Shown here one piece after another: positions 48,135-57,462 of a stretch of 64,000 bases of DNA. Made by a program: the position numbers and the translations under genes. How positions within the stretch are numbered: position 1 is the first letter of the stretch; every line of letters starts with the position of its first letter. The notes below the pieces were generated by a model. That model searched no databases and was not told the origin of the DNA. It saw only the letters and a program-made list of their open reading frames with translations. This stretch comes from Thermoanaerobaculia bacterium (lineage in GTDB: Bacteria > Acidobacteriota > Thermoanaerobaculia > Multivoradales > JAGPDF01): contig CAWDWZ010000003.1 of assembly GCA_963806165.1 (NCBI GenBank), positions 72,233 through 136,232 on the forward strand, given 5' to 3'.

Positions 48135-48170
48135 CGGCCGGTTCTCCCTTTTTCCCGCCGCCCAAGCTCT

Positions 48171-49187
48171 TCAGTACCCGGCGCCGGACTCCTGATCGAG
48201 CAGCGCCTTCTGCGCCGGGATCTTCTCGACCAGCGCGAACGGCGTGCGCACGCTCGCCAGCGGCTCTCCCACCTGCAGGATCTCCGCCTCGGCGATCGGT
48301 CCCAACCAGCCGGCGGCGTCGGCGAGGTAGCGGATCCGCGCCGGATCGATCCCCATCACCCGCGCCGCCGAGGCGTCCACCGCCGGCAGATTCGTGCCGA
48401 CGACGAGCACTCCGGCGGCCTTTGCCGTGCCCATGATCGGGCCGTCGCCCTCCATGCCGACTATGCCGTCCACGATCGCGAAGCGCGGCCGCACCGTGGC
48501 GTTGATGTCGAGGATCGACTCCTGCAGCCCGGCGTAGTGCAGCACGTTTTTCGGCCAGCCGTAGAAGCTTCCAGGCATGATCCCGAACAGATTCTTCATC
48601 GCGAGAGTCGCGCCGGTCCAATGATGGGTCTTCATCTTGGCGAGGGACACGATCCAGTCGACCTCGGCGAGAATCGCCGGCAGAGTCAGGCGGACGAGGC
48701 CCGAGCGCTGGCCGGCGTTGGCGACGGCGAACCCGCGTTGGCGATTGAGATCGACGAAGCGCAGCTTCTCGTCGACCAGAATCTGGGCGAGGCCCGATTC
48801 CTCGAGCACCAGGAGCGTGTCGCGGCGGTGCCCCGGCCCCTCGCCGACGAGGACCTCGGCGGCGCCCAGCGCACGCAGCACTGTGGCCGCGGCGCGGACC
48901 ACTTCCGGGTGGGTGTTGATCTCGCCCGCGCCGGAGGTGGTCTCGACGAGGTTCGGCTTGAGCAGGATCCGCTTGCCCGCCACCGCGCCGCGCGCGATCC
49001 CGATCTCGGCGAGCGCCGCGCGCAGGATCGGCTCGAGATCGATCGCGTACGAAGCGGCGCGCGCCACGCAAACACGGGTCCTCCGATCGCGCTGGCAGCC
49101 GACGAGCGCGCCGGCCGCGAAGATCGCCCCGGAGGCGAGGAGCTCGCGCCGCGAAGGTCGCCGGGTGACCAGCCACTCGCGGTTCAC
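48171..49187 (-). CDS. Tat-signal DUF362 domain protein
   Basis: 338 aa. The GTG start overlaps the stop of the upstream gene (GTGA). Twin-arginine signal RRPSRRELLASGAIFAAGALVGC. DUF362 blocks ILLKPNLV, SLAKMKTHHWTGATLAMKNLFG and IVDGIVGMEGDGP. Confidence 0.8.
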   Translation of the reverse strand: MNREWLVTRRPSRRELLASGAIFAAGALVGCQRDRRTRVCVARAASYAIDLEPILRAALAEIGIARGAVAGKRILLKPNLVETTSGAGEINTHPEVVRAAATVLRALGAAEVLVGEGPGHRRDTLLVLEESGLAQILVDEKLRFVDLNRQRGFAVANAGQRSGLVRLTLPAILAEVDWIVSLAKMKTHHWTGATLAMKNLFGIMPGSFYGWPKNVLHYAGLQESILDINATVRPRFAIVDGIVGMEGDGPIMGTAKAAGVLVVGTNLPAVDASAARVMGIDPARIRYLADAAGWLGPIAEAEILQVGEPLASVRTPFALVEKIPAQKALLDQESGAGY

Positions 49188-50263
49188 GCCGGCCCTCCCA
49201 ACGCGCCGACCAGACTCTGCCGGGCTTTCGCCACGCTCGCCGCGATCGCGAGCAGCGCGAGATCGGCGGTCTCGTAGCTCCCGTAACGGCTCTCGCGGGC
49301 GAGCGTCTCGCGGATCGCGAGCGCGGGCTCGTTGAGATCATCGAGATCATCGGATTCTGTGGGCTCGCCGGGATCGGCCGCAGCCGGCATCGAGCTCCGC
49401 CAGGCGCTGCGCGCGAGCGCGGTCCAGCCGAGGGCGAGCGGAGTGCGCAGCGCCGGCGCGACGCGCGCGAGGTAGGCGAGGCTCGCGGCCACGGCCGCCG
49501 CCGGGACTCTGCCGGCGAGAGCCGCGAGGACGAGGCCGGTCGACTCCGGCGCCGGCCGGAGCTCCGCTCCGAAGACTACGGAATTGCCGTAGTTCCATCC
49601 GCCGGAGGCGATCTGGCGGTCGAGAAGGAGGGCACGCCCTTCGCGGGCCCGCGCGTGCTCGCCCAGGCCGGCGGATTCGAGGGCGAGGAGCGCGAGCGCG
49701 GTCGGCTCGGCCCACGAGTAGGTGCGATCGATCCAGGGCCAACCGGCGAGGTTCGTGTCCATGCCGATCGGGCTCAGCGGCGTGCGCGGGAAGTGATCGC
49801 CCTCGTGCGCCAGCAGAAAGGCGAGCGCGCGCTGCCGCGCCGGGGCGAGCTCGGGCCGGCCGTGCCAGGCGAGGATGGCGACCGAGGTCGGACTGTAGGC
49901 GCCGGGATGGAGCGGCGAGACGCTCAGCCGGCCGTCCGCCGCCTGCATGCGAGCTACGGCGTCGCCCGTGCGCCGGCATTCCTCGTCGCGCGGACCCGCG
50001 ATCACCCGCAGCGCGAGCGCCAGCCAGACGGTGGCGTCGACGGACGGCTCCGGCTCGTCCGGCCGCGCGAGCGCGGTGCCGTCGGGCCGGGTCCGGCGGG
50101 CGAGCCCGGCGCGCAATGTTATGAGCGACGCGAGCAACGCGGGCAACGCGAGCGACGACTCGAGCTCTTTCTCCCGCGGCGCCGGCGCCGGCCCGACCCG
50201 CGGCTTCGGGTCCGGGGTCGCCTGCTTCGGGTAGGCAGCGGACATGACGCTTTCACTCCGCAT
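49184..50263 (-). CDS. Prenyltransferase/squalene-oxidase-repeat (terpene-cyclase-like alpha/alpha toroid) protein
   Basis: 359 aa; alternative ATG at 50243-50245. QW-type repeats (LLDRQIASGGWNYGNS; RMQAADGRLS). No signal peptide. Confidence 0.6.
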   Translation of the reverse strand: MRSESVMSAAYPKQATPDPKPRVGPAPAPREKELESSLALPALLASLITLRAGLARRTRPDGTALARPDEPEPSVDATVWLALALRVIAGPRDEECRRTGDAVARMQAADGRLSVSPLHPGAYSPTSVAILAWHGRPELAPARQRALAFLLAHEGDHFPRTPLSPIGMDTNLAGWPWIDRTYSWAEPTALALLALESAGLGEHARAREGRALLLDRQIASGGWNYGNSVVFGAELRPAPESTGLVLAALAGRVPAAAVAASLAYLARVAPALRTPLALGWTALARSAWRSSMPAAADPGEPTESDDLDDLNEPALAIRETLARESRYGSYETADLALLAIAASVAKARQSLVGALGGPA

Positions 50264-50310
50264 TCTAGTGTTGCGGGCGCCGTTTCTCGCTGTGGGACAA
50301 TCGCCGCGGC

Positions 50311-51669
50311 ATGACCTGGGGAAAACTCGAGACGGCAGCGGTGGCGCGGGCCCTTTCCGCCGTCGCCGCGGAGCCCGGGGACCTGGCCGAGGTCTACTTC
50401 GAGCGCCGCGTCGACGCCGAATGGCCGGCGGCCGAGGCCAGGTGCGGCTTGCGGGTGCGGCGGGAGGAGGGCCTGGCCGCGCGTCTGGTGCGCGGCAAAC
50501 ACGCCTGGCTCGCGAGTCGCGACGAGATCAGCGGTAGCGCGCTCGTCGACGCCCTGCGGCAGATCGCCCGCGCGCAACCTGCGGCGCTGGTCGAGCCGGA
50601 GCTCGCCGTCGGGTCGCCGCCGGCGGTCCCGGTGGCGACGCTGCGCGCTTTCCCGGGGGAGCTCGAGCGCTCCATCCGCCGGTATCACGTCGCTTTCCCG
50701 CTCCGCCTGACCGTGCGCTGGCACCGTCACGATCTGCAGGTGGTGGGGCCGCGTTGGGTGCCGGCGACCGAACGCGAGGTCTTCTTCAGCGTCGAGGTGG
50801 AGATGCCCTGGGGCCGGTATGGAGCGCTCGCGACCGGCCTCGCGGCCGGCGAGGCCGAGCGCGTGGCGCGCGCCCTGGTCGGGCGTTTCCGGGCGCGCGA
50901 GGCCGCGCCGCCGCCTCCCGGCCGGCGCCCACTGCTGCTCGCGCCGGGAGCGACGGCCGTGATGCTGCACGAGGCCGTCGCCCATGCGCTCGAGGCCGAT
51001 CTCCTCGAACGATTTGGCAGAGGTGGCTGGGCCGATCCCGAGAAGGGCGAAGTGCGCTTCGCGCCCGGACTCGACGTGCTCGACGACCCGCGACGGGCGC
51101 CTCGCGGTGTCGACCGGACGACCGATGACGAGGGTCAGCCGGTCGTGCGCCGCTGGCTGATCCGCGACGGCGGCCTGGAGCAGCCGATCGCGGATGCGGA
51201 GCACGCGGCACGTTCGGAGCTCCTGCTCCCCGGTTCCGGCTTTCGCGGCAACCGCCACCAGTCCCCTCTGCCGCGGACGCACCACCTCGAGCTCCTCCCG
51301 GGCGATGCCGATCCGCAGCAGCTCCTGCGCGCCGCCGAGGGCGGAATCTACGTGCGGGAGCTCGACCAGGGCGCGCTCGATCCGGCGAGCGGCGAGGTCG
51401 TGCTGCATGCGCCCTGCGGGCGCTTCATCCACGACGGCGCGCTCGCCGACCTCTGCGGCCCGTTCGAGCTGCGCAGCCGCGTGCCGGAGCTTCTGGCGCA
51501 GGTCGTCGCGATCGGCCGGGATGCACAGACGGCGGGTGCCGGTTGGTGCGCCAAGGGGGGACAGCGGCGCGCGGTCTGGGCCACCGCGCCATCCCTCGTC
51601 CTCGCCGGAGTGGAGATCGCGGGCCGCTCGGGCAGCCGCCGCGAAGCCGAGAGCGAGGGGGAGCGATGA
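50311..51669 (+). CDS. tldD: TldD-family metallopeptidase
   Basis: 452 aa. HExxxH site in MLHEAVAHALEAD. TDDEGQPV and GGIYV blocks. Confidence 0.85.
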   Translation: MTWGKLETAAVARALSAVAAEPGDLAEVYFERRVDAEWPAAEARCGLRVRREEGLAARLVRGKHAWLASRDEISGSALVDALRQIARAQPAALVEPELAVGSPPAVPVATLRAFPGELERSIRRYHVAFPLRLTVRWHRHDLQVVGPRWVPATEREVFFSVEVEMPWGRYGALATGLAAGEAERVARALVGRFRAREAAPPPPGRRPLLLAPGATAVMLHEAVAHALEADLLERFGRGGWADPEKGEVRFAPGLDVLDDPRRAPRGVDRTTDDEGQPVVRRWLIRDGGLEQPIADAEHAARSELLLPGSGFRGNRHQSPLPRTHHLELLPGDADPQQLLRAAEGGIYVRELDQGALDPASGEVVLHAPCGRFIHDGALADLCGPFELRSRVPELLAQVVAIGRDAQTAGAGWCAKGGQRRAVWATAPSLVLAGVEIAGRSGSRREAESEGER

Positions 51670-53012
51670 CTCCCAGCCCCGGAGCCGAGGCGCTGCTCGC
51701 GGATCTTCCTCGCCGCGGCTTCCCCGACGCGGAGATCTTCGAGAAGCGCGGACGCAGCCGGCGCTTCGCGCGCCAGGCCGCGGTCGGTAGTGGGGTCGAT
51801 GGCGGGGTCGATGGCGCACGGATGAGCCAGGCGATGGCCAACGAGGAGGGCTGGGCTCTGCGCGCCGGCGATCTCCGGCGATCGCTCTTCCACGCGGCCA
51901 CTGGCGGACCGGAGCCGGCGGTCCAGCTCGAGGACCCGAGCCCGCATCCGCTGCGCCTGCCGGAGCCGCCGGAGTCGCCTGAGCGCTCGGAGTCGGGCCC
52001 GGCCGATCCGTCGAGCGTTTTGCCCGAGGCCGACGCGCCGCTCGCCACGGAATCCTCGGCCGCGACCCTGCTCTCGGAGATCGAACGCGCGCTGCGCGGC
52101 GAGCTGCCCGCGAGCCGCCTCGTCCTGGCGGTGCTCGAGGACGGCGCGTCGGAGTCGGCGCTCGTGTCGACCCGCGGCTTGCGCGCGGAGTCACGCTCGC
52201 GCGCCGCTTTCCTGCGGCTCGAGGTCGAGGACGGAGAACGCCGCTGCCGGTTCGAAGGCGCGGAGCGCGACGTCCGCCAGTTCGAACCGCGTGCCCTGGC
52301 GCTGCGCCTGGTCGATCGGCTCTGTGCGCTCGCGGAGCCCGGGGATCGCCTGCCGGCGGCGGGCGGAGATCTGCCGCTGCTGCTCGCGGCGCCGCTCGCC
52401 GCGCGGCTCGTGCAGGCTTTCGCGCCGCTCTTTCTCGGATCGGCCGCGAGCGAGCGGCTGGGGTCGCTCGGAGCGTTCTCTCCGGCTCTGACGCTGATCG
52501 ACGACGGGCGGCACGCCGGGGGAGTTCTGGCCTCGCCCGTCGACGGCGAGGGCCTGCCTTGCGGGCGGGCCGTGCTCGTCGAGCAGGGGCGCTTCCTGCA
52601 GCCGCTCCTCGCCTGGTGGGAGGCGGGCCGCGTTGCCGTTCCGGGCTGCGCGCGCCGGGCGAGTTGGCGCGATCTGCCGCGCCGCGCGCCGACCCATTTC
52701 TTCGTCGCACCGAGCACGCTCGCGGTCTCCGAGCTCGTCGAATCGTCCGGCGCCGGCGCCTATCTGCTCGACGCGGAGGGCGCGGTGCGGATCGATCCCG
52801 CAAGTCTTGCCTTCGAGGTCCCGGTCTCCGGCATGCAGCTCGCGCTCGGCCGCGCCGTGGCGCCGCTCGGGCGCGTCCGCCTGTGCGGCGACCTCCAGCG
52901 CTTCCTGGCGGGGATCGAGGTGCTGGCGCGCGACCTCCTCTTCGTGCCTGGAGACGGCATGTTCGGTGCGCCCTCGATGCTGGTGAGAGGGCTCCGGGTC
53001 CTGCCGATCTGA
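51666..53012 (+). CDS. pmbA: PmbA/TldE-family protein
   Basis: In-frame part of track ORF 51543..53012. ATG 51666 overlaps the tldD stop (ATGA). Homologous fold region without HExxxH. Confidence 0.75.
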   Translation: MTPSPGAEALLADLPRRGFPDAEIFEKRGRSRRFARQAAVGSGVDGGVDGARMSQAMANEEGWALRAGDLRRSLFHAATGGPEPAVQLEDPSPHPLRLPEPPESPERSESGPADPSSVLPEADAPLATESSAATLLSEIERALRGELPASRLVLAVLEDGASESALVSTRGLRAESRSRAAFLRLEVEDGERRCRFEGAERDVRQFEPRALALRLVDRLCALAEPGDRLPAAGGDLPLLLAAPLAARLVQAFAPLFLGSAASERLGSLGAFSPALTLIDDGRHAGGVLASPVDGEGLPCGRAVLVEQGRFLQPLLAWWEAGRVAVPGCARRASWRDLPRRAPTHFFVAPSTLAVSELVESSGAGAYLLDAEGAVRIDPASLAFEVPVSGMQLALGRAVAPLGRVRLCGDLQRFLAGIEVLARDLLFVPGDGMFGAPSMLVRGLRVLPI

Positions 53013-53020
53013 ATCGGTGA

Positions 53021-53092
53021 AGCGATCGCAGCGATCAGAGCCAGCGAAGCGATCAAAGCCAGCGGAGCGATCGGAGCCAGCGGAGCGGATGG
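53021..53092 (+). repeat. Four tandem 18-nt units (agccagcgRagcgatcRR consensus; first copy degenerate)
   Basis: Units: 53021-53038 agcgatcgcagcgatcag, 53039-53056 agccagcgaagcgatcaa, 53057-53074 agccagcggagcgatcgg, 53075-53092 agccagcggagcggatgg. They lie between the pmbA stop and the ychF ATG. Confidence 0.75.
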
Positions 53093-53105
53093 TATTCTGG
53101 ATGCG

Positions 53106-54173
<1,068 letters not shown>

Positions 54174-54231
54174 CGGCGTCGGTGGGCTCCGTGCCCCGCG
54201 CGCCTTTGGCCTGTCTCGAGCGAGGATCCCC

Positions 54232-54384
54232 ATGATTCGCAAGCTCCCGAACGGTCTTTACCGCCTCTACTCGATGAAGAAGAATCCGAAAACCGGGAAG
54301 CGGCGCAACTTGGGCACGTTCCCGACCCGGGCGGCGGCCGAGAAGCACGAGCGCGAAGTGCAGTTCTTCAAGCGGCAGGGCTGA
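54232..54384 (+). CDS. Small basic conserved-looking protein (50 aa)
   Basis: Not in the track. GAGGA SD 5-6 nt upstream. MIRKLPNGLYRLYSMKKNPKTGKRRNLGTFPTRAAAEKHEREVQFFKRQG. The motif YRLYS.K....GKRRNLGTF..R.AAEKHEREVQ.FK resembles a widespread small-protein family, as I recall it. Confidence 0.5.
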   Translation: MIRKLPNGLYRLYSMKKNPKTGKRRNLGTFPTRAAAEKHEREVQFFKRQG

Positions 54385-54644
54385 AGCGCCGTGACCGCTT
54401 GACAAGTTGTCGCCGCTTGCGGCGCGATCTGATTCTCGATCCTGCGCAGACGGTCCCTACGGGCAACCGCCGCCCACCGCCGTCTTGGCCGGTGCTGTTC
54501 CAGACCACGCCGAGGTTCCCGAACTGTCCGCGGCCGCCGTCGGACAGGCGCCTGCCTACCCGTTGGGGTGTGGATCCGTCTGGAGCACAGGAAGAAAGTC
54601 CCACCGTCGCCTGTCGGTCCACCCTGGCTGAGGAGGAGCTCACC

Positions 54645-56387
54645 ATGAGCGTGTCTTCTCGCTGTCGCGTTGCTGTGGCTCCGGTCTTGTTCCTTCTGCT
54701 CTTCGGGTTCGGAAGTACGACTGCCCAAGGGTACAACCTCTCGGATGTGTGGGGCAGCAGCGCGAGCGACGTCTTCGCGGTGGGTGACGCCGGGACGATC
54801 CTGCACTACGACGGCAGCAGCTGGTCGGCGATGAGCACCGGCACGAGCGGAAGTTTCGAGGACGTGTGGGGCAGTAGCGGCAGCGATGTCTTCGCGGTGG
54901 GTAACGGCGGGCCGATCCTGCACTACGACGGCAGCAGCTGGTCGGCGATGAGCAGCGGCACGGGCAACACCCTCTACGGCGTGTGGGGCAGCAGCGGCAG
55001 CGACGTCTTCGCGGTGGGAACCGGGACGATCCTGCACTACGACGGCAGCAGCTGGTCCGCGATGAGCGGCGGCGCGGGCAACTACCTCTACGATGTGTGG
55101 GGCAGCAGCGGGAGCGACGTCTTCGCGGTGGGTGGCCCAGGGACGATCCTGCACTACAACGGCAGCAGCTGGTCGGCGATGAGCAGCGGCACGACCTACC
55201 CCCTCTACGGCGTGTGGGGCAGCAGCGGCAGCGACGTCTTCGCGGTGGGTCAGGCGACGATCCTGCACTACGACGGCAGCAGCTGGTCGGCGATGAGCAG
55301 CGGCACGGCCAACCGGCTCTACGACGTGTGGGGCAGCAGCGGGAGCGACGTGTTCGCGGTGAGTGAGTCCGGGACGATCCTGCACTACGACGGCGGCAGC
55401 TGGTCGGCGATCAGCAGCGACACGAGCGAGGCCCTCCGCGGCGTGTGGGGCAGCAGCGGGAGCAACTTCTTTGCGGTGGGTAACTCCGGGACGATCCTGC
55501 ACTACGACGGCAGCAGCTGGTCGGCGATGAGCAGCGGCACGACCAACTACCTCTGGTCCGTGTGGGGCAGCAGCGGGAACAACGTCTTCGCGGTGGGTCA
55601 AAACGGGACGATCCTGCACTACGACGGTAGCAGCTGGTCGGCGATGAGCAGCGGCACGACCAGATACCTCTACGGCGTGTGGGGCGGCAGCGGGAGCAAC
55701 GTCTTCGCGGTGGGTGAATACGGGACGATCCTGCACTTCGACGGCAGCAGCTGGTCGGCGATGAGCAGCGGCATGGGCCCATGGCTCTCCGGCGTGTGGG
55801 GCAGCAGCGGGAGCACCGTCTTCGCGGTGGGTCAAAACGGGACAATCCTGCACTACGACGGCAGCAGCTGGTCGGCGATGAGCAGCGGCACGACCAACGA
55901 CCTCTACGGTGTATGGGGCAGCAGCGAGAGCAACGTTTTCGCGGTGGGTGACGGCGGGATCATCCTGCATTACGACGGCAGCAGCTGGTCGGCGAGCGGT
56001 TTCACCAACTCCCTCTACGGCGTGTGGGGCAGCAGCGGGAGCAACGTCTTCGCGGTGGGTTACTGGGGGACGATCCTGCACTACAATGGCAGCAGCTGGT
56101 CGGCGATGAGCAGCGGCACGACCAACACCCTCCGCGGAGTGTGGGGCAGCAGCGCGAGCAACGTCTTCGCGGTGAGTTCCGGGGGGACGATCCTGCACTC
56201 CTTCGGCACCATCTGGTCGCCGATGAGCAGCGGCACGACTAACTACCTCTGGGCCGTGTGGGGCAGCAGCTGGCGCGACGTCTTCGCGGTGGGTGAGACC
56301 GGAACGATCCTGCACTACGGCAATGAACTCTTCTCGAGCGGGTTCGAGAGCGGTGGCCTGGACGGTTGGTCAGCGGTGGTGCCGTAG
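54645..56387 (+). CDS. Secreted 14-repeat beta-propeller-type protein (WD40/YVTN/BNR-like 38-40-aa repeats) with a conserved C-terminal tail
   Basis: In-frame part of track ORF 54399..56387. ATG 54645 has an AGGAGGAG SD. Signal peptide MSVSSRCRVAVAPVLFLLLFGFGSTTAQG. 14 units of VWGSSGS[DN]VFAVG..GTILHYDGSSWSAMSSGT. Ends LFSSGFESGGLDGWSAVVP. Confidence 0.85.
   Translation: MSVSSRCRVAVAPVLFLLLFGFGSTTAQGYNLSDVWGSSASDVFAVGDAGTILHYDGSSWSAMSTGTSGSFEDVWGSSGSDVFAVGNGGPILHYDGSSWSAMSSGTGNTLYGVWGSSGSDVFAVGTGTILHYDGSSWSAMSGGAGNYLYDVWGSSGSDVFAVGGPGTILHYNGSSWSAMSSGTTYPLYGVWGSSGSDVFAVGQATILHYDGSSWSAMSSGTANRLYDVWGSSGSDVFAVSESGTILHYDGGSWSAISSDTSEALRGVWGSSGSNFFAVGNSGTILHYDGSSWSAMSSGTTNYLWSVWGSSGNNVFAVGQNGTILHYDGSSWSAMSSGTTRYLYGVWGGSGSNVFAVGEYGTILHFDGSSWSAMSSGMGPWLSGVWGSSGSTVFAVGQNGTILHYDGSSWSAMSSGTTNDLYGVWGSSESNVFAVGDGGIILHYDGSSWSASGFTNSLYGVWGSSGSNVFAVGYWGTILHYNGSSWSAMSSGTTNTLRGVWGSSASNVFAVSSGGTILHSFGTIWSPMSSGTTNYLWAVWGSSWRDVFAVGETGTILHYGNELFSSGFESGGLDGWSAVVP
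54747..56320 (+). repeat. Coding tandem array, 14 units of ~114-120 nt
   Basis: Unit starts (gtgtggggcagcagc) recur from 54747 to 56256 with a mean spacing of about 116 nt. Blocks such as ggcagcagctggtcggcgatgagcagcggcacg recur almost verbatim. Confidence 0.9.
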
Positions 56388-56609
56388 GGGCAAGACGCTC
56401 GCCGGACAGGTTGACTCCCCGATGTCCCGGGTAGGGCCCCGCAGGAGTTCGGAGCTTGGAGGGCCGCGTAGGTCCACGCTCCGGACAGATCAATCGGGCC
56501 GAAGCGCGCGCCGGGCCTGCAGGAGAACCAACCAGGCCGCGAAACAAAACGGACGCGCACGACGACGGATCCTCACGGGTGTGCAACGCCCGGAGCGCGT
56601 CCGCTGCGG

Positions 56610-56626
56610 TACTGTATACTGTACAG
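56610..56626 (+). promoter_or_regulatory. AT-rich tandem TACTGTA TACTGTA CAG element, candidate operator/promoter of the Phd/ParE operon
   Basis: ggTACTGTATACTGTACAGaataagcg lies 30 nt upstream of the phd ATG. It contains the overlapping palindromes GTATAC and TGTACA. It is the most AT-rich spot in the local region. Confidence 0.35.
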
Positions 56627-56655
56627 AATAAGCGCTACACACGAGGGAGACCCGC

Positions 56656-56970
56656 ATGGCATTCACCGCATCCGACATCGTGCCGCTGACCCAGGCGCGG
56701 GCCAACCTTTCCGAGTTGGCCGATCAGGTCAAGGCCGGCTTTGAGAAGATCATCACCAAGAACGGCGAGAGCTATGTGGCACTGATCGACGCCCAACGGC
56801 TCGACTACTACCACCGCCTGGAACGCGAGCGCATCCACCTGCTGCTGCTCGACGAGATCGACCGAGGCTTGGCCGATGTCGAGGCTGGACGCACGCGGGA
56901 AGCCGGTGCAGCGCTTGCGGATCTCAAGCGCGCGGCGAAGCGCTCTTCCGCCGGCGCGCGCTCGCGCTGA
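56656..56970 (+). CDS. Type II antitoxin, Phd/YefM family
   Basis: 104 aa. N-terminus MAFTASDIVPLTQARANLSELADQV...ITKNGESYVALID is typical of Phd/YefM. Confidence 0.85.
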   Translation: MAFTASDIVPLTQARANLSELADQVKAGFEKIITKNGESYVALIDAQRLDYYHRLERERIHLLLLDEIDRGLADVEAGRTREAGAALADLKRAAKRSSAGARSR

Positions 56971-56973
56971 GCC

Positions 56974-57393
56974 GTGGCCGCGCCGAAGGCCGCCGTCCGG
57001 TTCACTGCCAACTTCGAGGCCAACCTCGCTTCGATCGCGGCTTTCTGGCGCGACCAGGAGGCTCCCGGGGCGTATGCGCTTCTGCTGGAGGATCTGGCGC
57101 AGAGCGTGATCGGGAACCTCGAGCAACACCCGCAACTGGGTCGGCGCTTCTTGGGTAGGAAGCCGCAGTCGCTCGAGGTCCGGGACCGCGTGGCCAGTTT
57201 GCAGCAACGCCTGGGGAAGATGAATGTGCGCGAGTACCTGGTTGGCGACTACCTGATCCTCTACGCCGTGGGCGGTGAGGTCCGGGGCGCGCGGCGCGCG
57301 GCAACGGTCTATCTCCTCGCCATTCGCCACCACCGTCAACTCTCGTTCGACTTCGACGGCTTCTGGCACGCGGGCCGGCCCGACCCGGAATGA
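56974..57393 (+). CDS. parE: Type II toxin, ParE/RelE superfamily
   Basis: 139 aa, GTG start 3 nt after the antitoxin stop. VREYLVGDYLILYAV ... VYLLAIRHHRQLSF matches the ParE-like C-terminal pattern. Confidence 0.7.
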   Translation: MAAPKAAVRFTANFEANLASIAAFWRDQEAPGAYALLLEDLAQSVIGNLEQHPQLGRRFLGRKPQSLEVRDRVASLQQRLGKMNVREYLVGDYLILYAVGGEVRGARRAATVYLLAIRHHRQLSFDFDGFWHAGRPDPE

Positions 57394-57462
57394 GCGTATG
57401 CAGGATCTGAGGGCAGGGCAGAGCGACGAAGCAGCGGCTGACCTGTCGGTCTGGGAGAGGAA

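Noticed and set aside
54267-56315. 682-aa minus-strand ORF with its own striking repeat (AAAPH..E..GRAAAHRRPAAAVVVQDRP..THREDV)
   Set aside because: It is the antisense shadow of the 14-unit propeller repeat. The plus-strand frame has a signal peptide, an SD and a propeller-like repeat. The minus-strand product is Ala/Arg/Pro-rich with no start context.
54747-56320. CRISPR-like appearance of regularly spaced repeats (also the 18-mers at 53021-53092)
   Set aside because: The units are contiguous with no unique spacers. They are 114-120 nt (or 18 nt) long and lie within, or in frame with, coding sequence. No cas genes are nearby.
56610-56626. LexA SOS box (CTGT...ACAG) upstream of the Phd/ParE operon
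   Set aside because: The spacing is CTGT-N7-ACAG, not the N8 of the gammaproteobacterial box, and LexA boxes differ between phyla. It is more simply an antitoxin operator or promoter.
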